From: Phoronis australis
Lineage: Eukaryota; Animalia; Phoronida
DNA length: 64,000 bases
Reading direction: 5' to 3'
Assembly (NCBI GenBank): GCA_002633005.1
Contig: NMRA01000009.1
Span: forward strand, 1,991,366 to 2,055,365
Numbering within the stretch: position 1 is the stretch's first letter; each line of letters starts with the position of its first letter. Of the stretch, positions 49,352 through 61,957 are shown in pieces. Under the pieces are notes generated by a model, which saw nothing but the letters and a program-made list of their open reading frames with translations, searched no databases and was not told the origin of the DNA. A program made the position numbers and the translations under genes.

Positions 49352-52300
49352 TCATACTTCATAGATTTCCACGTTATTTTTATCACCACAAGTTGAACTT
49401 CTTCCGGGACATCTCATTTTACATTGAGAATCCGCCAGCCTCGGGTGACTATACGACGATCCGCAGAGACACTTGCTGGCGTTCTGCAATGCAGCGTATT
49501 TGAGACCACGTCTACCACAGTAACGTTTGCAGTATTCAGGCGACATGAGGGTTGCGGAAGTGACGGTTTGTTTGGACTTAAAGGACTTCAAGCCGAAACA
49601 TCCAACTCTTGCTCCTGGGAAATTATAAGGAACACATCACTAAGCTAATTATTATGAACATATGAAGACATTTCTGTTGTGTTCAATTAAATACAAACAA
49701 TGCTTACACGTATAGAAACTTCCAAAATAGGTGACATACATGTACATGTATACACAAAACAAAACTGGACAAAATCATAAAGTGGCCTTAAAACAGTTCT
49801 CTTAATGGGTAGCTTTCATTTTTAATCGGAAGCTAAAATTTAAGTTATACTGAAGCAGGTGTTTTAAAGAGCCACAACTACACAAACTATATTGAAAACC
49901 TTTAAATCAACGGACAGAGGTGTGTTTACGGTCGAAAAGCACATTTCGGGTGTAATTCGTGGGCAGGGTAGAAATCTTAATCTTATTAACTGTGACTAAA
50001 ACTATGGAAAGCAAAACATGTTGTGTCTTTGAGATTTTATTGCAAATCGCCGATTCCTAAGACTGTCAATCGAAATCGAGGGGGTGACCCCATCAGCTGT
50101 TTTGTTACTTGGCCGCCGTGAAAATAGCCGACGCGGGCACTGTGTCGTGCTAATTACAGCCGGTGTGAGAAAAAAACAATGTCTAGTCTATTGAGTTTAT
50201 GTGGAAAAGAGGCGAAGAGCTGAATAACACATTAGAGGAGTAACCCCCCCTAGGATAAGCATCTGAGACCCAATCAAATGCTGGCCTGCCTGCAGAGTTC
50301 ACGTTGTGCGTTTCCAGAAAAGCCGAGCTTTCATAGACAACCGCGTGGGTTGCATTTCTCTCCCGTCTGAAATTGTAAATCTGTTTTAGAAAACCTTTTT
50401 TCCAGTTTTGACTGACAACTGAAAGAAATACCTCACCGAGTCTCAATATTTTTGAATGATCGATCTCTGCCAGTCGGCGGCATAATTATACAAATCTAGT
50501 TTTGCTAAACAAACAAATCCGCTTTGAATTAAAACCCAATGACATAGTAGTTACAACTGCTAACCCATGCATTTTTTGAGCAACTATTACCTGAGAACTG
50601 TATCGTGTCTGAACTCTAAAATTCCCTGTGTGGCACAGTGACCTTGCGAGTAAATGCTTCAACTGCCGCGGAAGTAGAGTATCCAGGGTCTCGCAAATTT
50701 TGTGAATACAAAAACAAAACAAAAACACATTCGTATGAGAAATGTTTGAAGAAAATTATCCGAACAACTGAGCGTGTTCAATTTTTGTCTGAAATAAATC
50801 TGTGATATTCACATTTTAGTCAGGCTCTATCATTGCCGATAAAATTTCTAAATCATAATCCATTATCGCACGCGCGATGTTCGGGATAACGACCGTGTGC
50901 TTGAACAAACGAAGAATGTTTATGTAAACCTTCTTTACATATATGACATGACCGTGTTAGATTAATAACGATTTTTGTGGGTGGGTTACTCTCCTCGGTT
51001 ACCGGTAGTTCTTGGGCATTGTGAGAAATCACTGCAATAGTTATGGATATTTAAAAAAAATATATCCATAATTAATTAATTGTCTAAAAACACATGAACG
51101 ATGTCATGTTGGCATGATCTTAAAAACATTCTTGCTAAGCGAAAAAGTGTCAATGCCTTTGACAAAAGAATTATCATGGGTCTCAACTGGTAACCGGTTG
51201 CATTAATACTGATAATTACTGATATGTATGAACCTGATGACCCACTATTTTGAATTTTCAAGAAAATGTCTTAAAAAACCCAATCCGTTCTCAACACTGT
51301 GCAGACATGTACATGTAAATTATAGTTTCAGTTTTTATTAATCAATAGGTGGCGGTACTTGTTGTGCAATCTATGTCAACCAAAAGTATCCTGCAATTTT
51401 CTTGCTTTGGAATGTTGTAGGCTGGTTCATGCAGGGGCCACAGAATTTTTGTAGATTGACAATGAGATGCCAACAGTGGATATGCAAAGTTTGAAAAATC
51501 GCCGCCTCTTTATATAAGATGTAAAACGTGCAATACAATTCAGGACCCGGATTTCATCAATAATCGATAGAACTCAATTTTTTTTTGAATTTTTCGTTCT
51601 ACTTTTTGCGAATTGAAGTCTAATATTCTGTGCTTGTGTACGTTGGGGATTAAATGGATGACTGTCTGCTTGCGATGGGTGACCCCAGTGGTAAATTTTA
51701 AAGTTCGAGTCTGGACTCGAAATCTTTACACTTTACTCGAATTAGTAATTCACGTCCTTGGATCATCAAATGCGAAGTTGGCGTAAAAACTTTTCATTAC
51801 AGCTACAAACATTATTTTCAATATATAATTACCACAGGTGGAGCATGACTTTTGACAGTTGTATAACATGTATTTCAGGTTCTTTTCGCATTCGGAGGGG
51901 TTCTTCTTCGACCACTGAGGACAATTTGAATTTTTGTCCACACATCTGACAGTCTTGGCTGAAACAAATGCATGCTTTAGTTTAGTAACAGAATCGTTAG
52001 ATTGATGAAATTTTCAGCAAATTCCAAAGCGTAGGTTATTCGCACGGTTTTACGTACCATTTGTAAGTGTAACTATTGTAAAGGGAGGTGTAAAGGGTTG
52101 ATCAAACTTAAGGGGAATGCTGGAAAATAAAATGGAAGCCATGTATAAACGAAGTTATTACAGAGAAGGCAAATAACGAGAAGTTTTTGCTCCAACAACC
52201 AACAACTGCAGCGGGTGCAGATTAGTTCAAGAAGAGAGAGATAAAGAAGAAGAACGATAAAGGCAACGAGAACAAAGAAGACGAACAAAGAGAAGAACAC

Positions 52301-52452
52301 GAGAAAGCACAATAGGAAATGAAGACCAATCTAAGAAAAAAAAGAAGCGGAAGAGGAGAAAAGGGTATAGAAAATGCAGATCCACGATTGCTTCACTACT
52401 CTAAGAGCATATTTCCCACTATAAAATTTTGTGCAAGAAACTTGCAAATTAT

Positions 52453-52506
<54 letters not shown>

Positions 52507-53701
52507 TTTTGTTTAAAATCCTTTTGTTGTGAGAGGTCGAGTGTCAATAGCCGAGGCTTCCGTTCCTCAAGAAATTTTAGGACGTCTTCCATTTCGACAG
52601 GAGAGTTCTCGGGAAATAACTTAAAAGACGGAATTTATAGGTTTCGTGTAAAAGTAAAAAAAATTGTGTCTAAGGATAATTGGTTCTTGCAAATACCGCA
52701 ATCATGTGATTATGACATCTGAGATTTGTTTTCGGCAACATTCTTAATAATATTATTCTGCTACTTGCAATTATTTTGAAAATATATTGGTTTATGGATT
52801 TTTCCATCAATATTTTTTTAAATAAAAGTTATTTGAAAATTCAGTTATTAGTTACGAACATAGTATGGTCTGAATTTATTTGTGTTACCGTTCAAACTAG
52901 GTCAAACAGGAAGTAACTACGTCTTGTGAAAAATGCAAGTTTAGAGTAACTGTATGAGAAAATTAAAGGAAAGGTGACACAATAGGCCACAAAAAAATCT
53001 TTTGCACTAACTTCAGAAGTTCAGATTAAAGGGGAATTCTTGAAACAATGGTTTCCACAGAGAGTCAGACAGTCAAAGGTTAATGATGACAAACACTGAA
53101 GCGATTACTGATTCACCACTATACCTTTGCACACCCCACATGCTTTCTGGCAACTAGATAACATAAATCGAGAATTCTTTGTACATTCTGACGGGTTGCG
53201 CCTCGCCCACTTTTCACAGCTACTGTGTTGATTGACGCAGTCGGACGTAACTGGAAGAGACAAAACGTATGGAGGACAGAGGCAATTACAATTACCAATA
53301 GTACATTGGGTATTAGTGCTTAGACGTATTGATTGTCACCATCGTCGAATGTCTGCGCAATCTCACTTCATTATCTTTTACAAAAAACAAAACCCCTTTC
53401 AACATTTGATGCCAATGGACCTTTCCAAAAAAGCCCTGTTGACCAACCAAGATAGAGTTCAGAAAAGCTGGAACCTCGTTTGGAGCAAGCTAGAAAAGCA
53501 AGACTTCTCGAGATTTCGAGTGTATTTTCAAGGAGAGTGCGTGATTGTGGCAAGCTTTTTTCTCGCTCCGAGACAGCTATTGAACTCTACCTAGGTTTCT
53601 TTATTCCGGCGATTCATGGGCGGCACTGAAAAAAGGGGCTATAGCCCCGCAGCCCCGCTGTGGTGAACCGCCTATGGGCGGGTGTCTCTCTCCCCCAACC
53701 C

Positions 53702-53738
<37 letters not shown>

Positions 53739-56700
53739 AGGATGAAAACTGCTGATTTGATGTATTTTATTAAGTAACCGACTGCACTTGCGGTAGTCGT
53801 AAAAGTTTGAGCAAATTGATTCAGGAATCGTTTGAAATGGACCCTGGGTATTTTGTGAAGTCTTTGCGCCATTGTAACAAAGAGATGGATATGTCTAAAC
53901 TTGATTTTCAACTCCAAAACCCTGCAAAAAATGCTGAGTGATATTAAAATACAAAGATTCCAAGCACCATGATAATTATAACGATACAAAGTCCCTGGCT
54001 TTTGAAATATGGTGAAATGAGGACTAAGAGAAATTTCAATGCTCAAAGAAAACTGTTAAAAGACTTTAGTTTAAGAAACATAGTTCATTCTTGACATCAG
54101 AAGTGAGATGTAATAATTGTTAATTTAAATACTTCTTTCAGAGTACAGTAAGAACAAACATTGCCCAAGAGACCAAGAGTTATCCATAGATATAACACCA
54201 ATATGTATCAACATAATTTGTGGAGCTGAGAACCAATATCTGACAGCTGGGCATATCTTGAGAACAGGCTTAAGTCGGCTTCATCAAGCTCATCATTTTA
54301 TCCGTCAGTCATGCTCTCCAGCAAATGTCAATTCCTCCAAAAGCAGAGAAGTCATCATCACTAATCTGACATTCTTTCATGGCGATGTTGTTTAAGTTGA
54401 AAGTTTTTTTGAAAGCCGCATTTACGTCACCGTTCAATATTTTAAAAATTTACCTGGGGGAGAGTTGGTAACCTTTGGTTTTTTAGTCGTTTGAAGTTGA
54501 GTTCCACCACAGTTATACATCGCACGGACTTTAGCCAAATCGGATGCAGTAAGATGACGTCTTTGTCCCAGTTCTGAAGGACTTGCGCCATTCTTAGGTG
54601 TAATGGTATACTGTCCATTTTTCGAGAAAGCCTTTGCGCCGTATTGCATGACACTGCTGATGTCGTACTTTGTTCCGTAGGTAAGCGACCCCTTGTGGAC
54701 GTTGAATGCAAACTTGTATTCTGTATAAAAATGTATGGGAATAAACGTGCATTAACTGTAAACTACTAAACCATAGAAAAACAAACCTTAGAGTAACATT
54801 TGTGTGATTTCAGATAATTCTCCCCGCCCCCCCTTACGCAGAAAAAATGGCAAGGAACTGGAATTATATTTAACTCATAAGCGGGCACAAAAAGCAGAGA
54901 GGGGCCAACTATTTTGAAAATGGCCATCAGATACAACTTGTTGCGCCATTATTCATTGTGTTTTTGCTTGAAACGGGAATGACAAATACGACGAAAACCA
55001 AATTAATACACAGCACGCCGCTGTGTGGTTTAAACTTTAAGAAGGCATAGTGGGCAAACAATTCTGCAGATGAAACAGGTATGTGTCGGTTAGTCACAAC
55101 AGAGGTCGCCAATAGTTTTCCTGTAACACTCGAGTTTCAGCGAACTCAAGTCTTTCGCTCACTGTCTTGGATGTTGTCCCAGTGAATATTTATATATTTG
55201 TCTCTGTCCTCGCGAGCCATCTCGTGCCCAAATCCTAGAGCGTGCATGATTTCATGAAGAACAGTTCCAATTGCATTAAAGCATCCCTTCGCTAAGTTGA
55301 TCGTCTGCCCTCCACCAGATTTTCCAACGTGGCTGTTGCATCTGATCGATAGAAAAACAATGTCGCAATAAAGTTACACAGTATCTGCGGTTTAATCGGT
55401 ACAATTTAATTTGGAACTGAAGTACAGACTAGTGTGAGTCAGATGTTTGCATCATTTTCAGTTTTTTCGTATTGTCAGTTTTTTATTACCTAGTTGAAGG
55501 ACGCGGAAACAAATCAAAAGATTTCAAACATTAAGTGAGTCACCATCAAGAACTTGACATATACATCCATCATGATTAAGAAATTTTGAATCACAGGGTC
55601 TATCGTAATGACCGTTAATGTTAATGCACGTGTTGGTCGTAATTTCGACTGACTTACCCGCTGGATGGAGTTTTGAAGACCACGTAATCGCGCTCCTTGG
55701 TTCTCTTCACCAGTTTAATGCATGTATTCTTATGGTAATAGTCAAAGGCTTGCTGGAGAACTGACCGACCACGGGAATCTATAGTAAAGGAATACAGCCA
55801 ATTCCAGAACATTGCATATAGTCAGTATATAGTCTGCGGAAAACCATATGTTACCAGACTATGGGAGCCCGTCCCATAAGGGCTGAGCTTCACTAACTGT
55901 CACGTTCCTGAACGCAGCCAACACGGACACCCGACTTACGTTAACTGGTAAGTACATATCAATCACCGTGACTAATAGTAGAGAAATCCTTTCGTTATGA
56001 ACCGTATTGTATGTTCACCTTCTGATTCCCGCTTTCCGAATGATATTTTAATTGAAAAGAACATTACCTACCAACACTGGAGTCGATGACGTAAGGCATG
56101 ACAGCGTTTGGCCATCTTTTACTGGAAGAAGGGTGGCCATTTCGTTTCTATAAGACCAAGTTTTACAAGACAAGTTGTAGCAAGTACAGTAGCAGATAGC
56201 TCCTTAGTTGCGGAAACGCTCAAATAAAATCAAGCCGCGCACGCTCAAATTCTCAATCGCAAATTCCCGTGTTGCTTCAGCGCGGAACTTACTAGCAGAG
56301 TTTATTGTGTTCACTCAACTAAAGTTGCTATTCACAAGAAAATGTGTATGATTAACGTATTATTGACTTGTTTCATACAAATTTGAGTAAAAGCACACCA
56401 AAGGTTTATCTTAGTAACTTTAAAGATGAATAGTCAACACATTATCGTACAAATGTAGTAACTCGACACTGGTTTGAATAATGCATCGAAAGGGAAACAA
56501 CTTACATCAAGAACTGTGAAAAGTACAATGAGCCCTGTTTTGACCATCAGTACCGTTAGATATACGTCAACCGCTAAATCAAGGTGATGTTTTGTTACTT
56601 CGTCAAGTTCTTAAAAAATGGTAAACCCTCCTAAACGTGGAAGCATGCCTATCGTCTCAGATGAGTTTCTCGACTGCTGTGAGGCAACCTCTTGCCTCAA

Positions 56701-59700
56701 ATTATTGACAAGATACGCGTTCTGAAGAACTGTTTTGGTTGAATAATGTTTTTATTGATTGTGGAACAGCAGCCATTGGAGGCTTGTGTGGAACGGCTCA
56801 ACAGTGTTTAGTGTTCTTGTGTGGAACGGCTCAACAGTGTTTAGTGTTCTTGTGTGGAACGGCTCAACAGTGTTTAGTGTTCTTGTGTGGAACGGCTCAA
56901 CAGTGTTGAGTGTTCTTGTGTGGAACGGCTCAACAGTGTTTAGTGTTCTTGTGTGGAACGGCTCAACAGTGTTTAGTGTTCTTTGTGACTACATGGTGTG
57001 TGGTTAAGCTTACATTTGGAAGTATGATGTCACCTTCAAATAAGTCTGAAACAAATATGGAAAGTATCACTTAAAGAATGCAACTTCTATGACAAAAATA
57101 TCAACATCAGTTTGGAAACTGAAACAAATATATGGCATGAAACTGATTCCGGAAATTCACTTATTCCTGTAAGGGAGAAATTCGTGCCTTCTGTCAACAT
57201 GAGTTTTGATTTAGGCCACTTTTCTTATAAAATCAGTCTCGATTTGTTCCAAATTGGAGATTATTTGCGAGCCTTGAAATGATTACCAATTCGTAAGTAC
57301 TTTTTCATGCAATTCTCATAAAATTTCAGGTCACAGCATGAACTGAAATTTTATGGGCTTGGTTTGAAAAAATAGTGACAAACTGCCAGTCTCGTCTCTA
57401 GCCCAGAGATTACCTCTGTACTGAGTAAGGAACAAGAGAATACAATATATGCAACAGTGTAAGTGGACTAAATCAGTTTTAGCATGCACAATATTCTTCT
57501 CAGTCAAAAATTATTTGTAATTACAATAATTCATAAATTTTACATTATTGACTTTCAACGTTAATAAAGAAAACATGTTATATGTCTGGTTACTTCATTG
57601 TATTATATTACTGTTTTTCTTGTTGAGGGCCCTCTTGGAAAGCAGGGCTATCACTGAAGAGGCCACCCTCATTTTAAATATCACAATAATAAATAAATAA
57701 ATAAATAAATACTTAACCTCGGTTTGGCATTATTTTTCATGTACATAAGCGATGGTTTAATTTCAAAAACTTAGCCCCGAAATACAATGGACCTATGCGT
57801 ACATGTATAACCCAAACAGCGACACACTGTTCATAGTGACTATACCGAGGTAAAGTTGGCTGATTTATTTTTATTTTTATTACCTCCATATTCCCCGGGG
57901 TCTGCTTCTTCATTGCTTCCATCTGAAATCACACAATCTAGGTATGTTATTCCCGGAAACCAAGATGTTGGTTTATGCGAATCAGTCTTTACACATTTAT
58001 GTAGGAAACTCACTTCTGCCATCACGTATTCATTCAATGTACAATTAATGCGCACAGCACAACATATTTTGATTGAGTTCTCATTTTTGTTTGACCCATT
58101 TGCAAGCCTATAGTCGGCGATAGCAGGTAGAGGGACTGTTACGATACGAGCTCCACAGCAAGTAGGTTAAATAGAAGCGCAATCTGTTGATGACGTCGTC
58201 TTCCTCAAGACTGGTGACACTGGCATTGTCACCAGCAAAGATCATAAACAGTTCCTTTCACACCTAATTCACGTGGAGGACGTTAAAATCCAAAGCGAAG
58301 CTCACTGAGATGAAGAAAGCGGGAGTTGACCATGCGTGTCTGAGTTAAATGGCCAGTCTTTCGAGTCCAAGTTGGATACCAAATTTTAAAAGTGTGTCAA
58401 TAATTAACCACACAGACGTAGAAAAATACATTAAAGAACAAGTCAATGCCTCAAAGAGTTGTCTGAACGGAAGAAAGGGTATATTTTTTTCGGAAAACTG
58501 GTTTCGTTTTACATAATTGCCGCGATAGTAATGTTACGGATTAGGTATTATGCTGAATGCAGGGTTACGTTTCTTCTTGTAAATTGTTGACGAACCAGAT
58601 CATCTTCTCGTATTTTTGACGAGTTAAAGATATATGCGACAGTGGCGGCTCATCACATTTTGCTGCCATGTGCAAGTCACATCTAATTTAACTTGTGGAT
58701 CAAGAATATTAACATCAAGCATAGCTTAAGCCCTGGTGAGGTAGGGACTACCGGGACTAACAGATGATTTGTCATAGATTTGAAAGAATGATTGATGTTC
58801 TTAAATATATTTTCATTAAAATAAAAAACCAGGCTGGTAATTGAAAATAAGAATTATTTGATGATCAGTTCTGCTTTCTTGGTTTTAATAATTCTTATCC
58901 CATCTATTCCGATGTGTTAGGTTTCAAATATAAAGCTGGACCAAGTCGAATTTTAAAATTAAGACACCTATTTCATTCGTCCAAAGCATGATCTCGCACA
59001 ATTTCAGTTAACTGGACAGCGCAAGCATAGTCATCATGTTTCTTCAAGGGCCTCGATCATCAGAGGGGAAAGGTGCCTGTGCCTTCTGAGAGGGGGATTT
59101 TGTCGCCGAGTGATGGAGAAATCTACCTCCCGATCAAATCAATAGCACCCCCGCTCTGTTGCAAGCTCTCATACGCTCTGTCTCAATTTGCATTTCGTGC
59201 TCTTTCAAATTGTCACCTGTGAGGTTACAGGTGGGCTGGGAGGGGGGGATTTTCAATAACTTGGGGAATTTTTAGACTTCGCGTGATTTTTTAAATAGTT
59301 TTGAGACAGGAATAGGGCCGATATTCGGCCCCAAAATCGAGGGATTGAGGGCCCTGTTCTTTCTGGAAAGAAACATGCATCATGTTTCAACCCATAGTCA
59401 TAAAAACACAGCCTGGCTGGCTAAGCAAGTTCTCCTGTCTTTGCTATGATGATCGGCAACCTAGATGAGACAAAACATTATCTAACTTTTCGAAAATATT
59501 TATAAATTTCACACGGAAATATTTTCCTTCGTCGCGGCGTATGGCAACGACCCAACGCTTCCGAATCTCAACGTCTTTAGGGATTGTAAAAGAGACAGTT
59601 GAGTGTCCTTATTTTTCTATCACCGTTCGAGAAACACGGAATACAACTATGCCGATAAGCCAACAGAACTATCTTAGCGAGACACGTTTTGGAACGCGCC

Positions 59701-60542
59701 TCCTGTCGGAATGAATTAAGTCTATGAGTAAATACTATTCAGGACAGCTTAATAAAATAAGGCAAAATGAACCTACCGTTTACTGTCAAAGTGTCCACCT
59801 GAAAAAAGGTTTCATGTATGTATCCTTCATATGGTTGTCTTTTGACCCACCTCTATTGCCACTGGCCATACAAACTAGAACTTCAGTAGAGGTTGGAGCT
59901 TCAGTATTGTAGTATGCGCTGCGAAGGTAAATATCTGACTAATTTTCTCGCCTTTGCACATATTTATCGCACATTTGTATGACTACGATCCTGATGATGA
60001 TATAGAGTAATATCGAAACGTCGATATGAAACACAGTGTCTTGTTTTTATCGTAAATAAAACTTTTCACTGCACAAAAACCATGTTCTCCATGGTTTTCT
60101 AACATTGAATAAATTAATAATACCCGGTACTGTCTCCTCGCCAAGAATTTCAAAATTATTCTTGTTTTGAAAATCATTATACCTTACGAAGAGGTACTCT
60201 TGTATCAACAGTCTCCGAGTTTAATTCTTTGTAAAATACATTTAATTTACGTTTTTAAATAAACTTGCATTGTACATTATTTCATTGTCGCGTTTGGTAA
60301 CAAAAATTTGCAAATTGAGAATGAAATACCACTAATATTTTGATTTTTATGTAAAATAGGTTTTGTTCAATAAGAAATACTTGCACAATTGCAAGGAATT
60401 TTTTTGAAAAACACCAAATGTTAGTCAAAACAGGAAAACTTAAATCTTGAATCGTTACCTCAATTTCATCCAGCGTTACCGCTACAGATAACTGCAGACA
60501 AATCAGAGGAACCAAAATCATCAGAGTCCACTGGGGTGCCAT
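49352..60542 (-). CDS. Secreted astacin-family (M12A) zinc metalloprotease with 2 ShK domains and a C-terminal WSC domain, ~444 aa, 11 exons
   Basis: Minus-strand exons: 60542-60459 (signal MAPQWTLMILVPLICLQLSVA), 59798-59777, 57922-57884, 57045-57014 (pro-peptide LFEGDIIL), 56147-56072 (KRNG..RWPNAVMPY), 55778-55658, 55341-55163 (HEIMHALGFGHEMAREDRD), 54720-54454 (Met-turn SVMQY, LGQR, YNC), 53250-53125 (ShK1), 51958-51833 (ShK2) and 49614-49352 (WSC: VGCF..MSPEYCKRYC..YAALQNASKCLCG..CKMRCPG..TCG..VEIYEV-stop). All are GT-AG and in phase. Confidence 0.9.
52455..52505. repeat. (GT)n microsatellite
   Basis: About 25 perfect GT units. Confidence 0.97.
53705..53736. repeat. (CT)n microsatellite
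   Basis: About 16 CT units. Confidence 0.95.
56783..56982. repeat. 33-bp minisatellite, ~6 copies
   Basis: Unit CTTGTGTGGAACGGCTCAACAGTGTTTAGTGTT in an astacin intron, ~30 nt from the 57014 donor site. Confidence 0.95.
58260..59725. mobile_element. ISL2EU-like non-autonomous DNA transposon, copy 2
   Basis: Collinear with 23645-25155 over its whole length; ends ATGAATTAAGTCTAT; minus-strand THAP remnant [24 protein letters not shown]. Confidence 0.75.
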
Positions 60543-60601
60543 GCTGATCGTACCTGAGACTGCGCGTCGAGGAATAACTTTGACAGCAGCATCGGCTCTT
60601 G

Positions 60602-60607
60602 TATATA
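60602..60607 (-). promoter_or_regulatory. Candidate TATA box of the astacin gene
   Basis: TATATA 60 nt upstream of the ATG at 60542. Confidence 0.4.
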
Positions 60608-60678
60608 GCCCAGCAGGTACTTTTCTCAGGGCAGGGCAAGTAATGTGGGCGATATGTATCGTTGGCCAAATAGGTTAA

Positions 60679-61957
60679 AGGCGAAGGCAACCTTTTTTCA
60701 TGTCAATTTTAGCAAAAATAAGGTTCGTCCAGACATATTTTTCACTTATTTACTGCTTTTCGTAATTTAATTAATTACTCGTCGTCTACTCCGGAAGTGA
60801 CGTTTGGGAGGCAAGAATTTCGCGTCAATTTCTATTCATATAGTCTGACTGTGAGAGCTGTCGAGTCAGTCATTGTTCTACCTCGGTTGTGACAAGTTCG
60901 GTCGTCGTTTGCTTTTGCTTACGAGTCAGTCAACATGCCACGCTGTTGCTGCGTACTGAGGTGTACTCATTATCGTCTCACGTACAGAGGAAAAACTGTC
61001 CCACTTGCCCGAGTGTCCCGCGACACACTCCCACTGGAGGGTGATTTGAGCACCTTCCAAATAGCTCAAATACAAGCCCACAATAAATTTATCAAACTTA
61101 GGCTCACCGATCTGTTCATTGGATGACGAGCAGTCTTCTTCACTAGGGTGTCAAACTGGACCTGTATTCACTCCCACTACTCAACATCGCTGCAGGGCTG
61201 CTTACAGGCTCTGGGCTAGAGACAAAAGCACAGGCGAATCACTGCTAGTTCCCGGAATTACACGCAATGGGGGTACGTTCGGAGGCACGGGTGACAGTAG
61301 ATTAAGTGCCTCCAGTCACTGCATATAGTGGCCACAGCTCGCAAGGCTTCTCGCTTCAAAAACGCACTTCTCGGGGTTGGCGACGGGGCACTGCCGAGAA
61401 TCAACAGCGACGGTATGGTACCCTTCTTCAGGCGTTGTTTCGCAGGGACCTTCATCAATTCAGAGTATATATCTCTGTCATAATCTGACGGCAGACTTGA
61501 AATGCTTGCCACACACTCAGTAACCCACCACTGCTTTGTACGTTGCGTGGACGAGTAGCGCTGCGTTCTTCACATGAACGAGCTAGCCAAGTACGGCGAA
61601 GTGTGTCATCCTTCGGAAAGCGACGCAAGGTACCCAAAGCGCATGTGAGACGATAATGAGTACATCCCGGCACGCAGCAACAGCGTGGCATGTTGACTGA
61701 CTTGTAAACAAAAGCAAACGACGACCGAACTTATCACAACCGAGGTAGAACAATGACTGACTCGACAGCTCTCACAGTCAGACTATAATGAAAAGAAATT
61801 GGCGCGAAACTCTTGCCTCCCAAAACGTCACTTCCGGAGTAGAGGGCGAGAAATTAATCAAATTACGAAAAGCTGTAATTAAGTGAAAAATGTGTCTGGG
61901 ATAATCAACGAACCTTATTTTTGCTAAAAGCGACATGAAAAAGGGTTGCCTTCGCCT
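60679..61957 (-). mobile_element. Kolobok-superfamily non-autonomous element with ~300-bp TIRs and a frameshifted THAP transposase N-terminus
   Basis: TTAA TSDs at 60675-60678 and 61958-61961; AG...CT termini. The minus strand from 61691 reads MPRCCCVPGC..RFPKDDTLRRTW..VCGKHF..DYDRDIYSELM..RLKKGTIPS (THAP, with frameshifts), followed by a WECVAGHSGKW zinc-finger remnant. Confidence 0.82.

Noticed and set aside
52073-52380. Hydrophobic signal/TM-like ORF on the minus strand within the astacin gene
   Set aside because: Comes from a purine-rich (GAA/AGA) low-complexity tract on the plus strand; no usable splice sites and the ShK exons join without it.
60935-61691. Host THAP-domain transcription factor gene
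   Set aside because: Frameshifted, enclosed by TIRs and TTAA TSDs, and repeated at 47755: a transposon relic rather than a domesticated gene.
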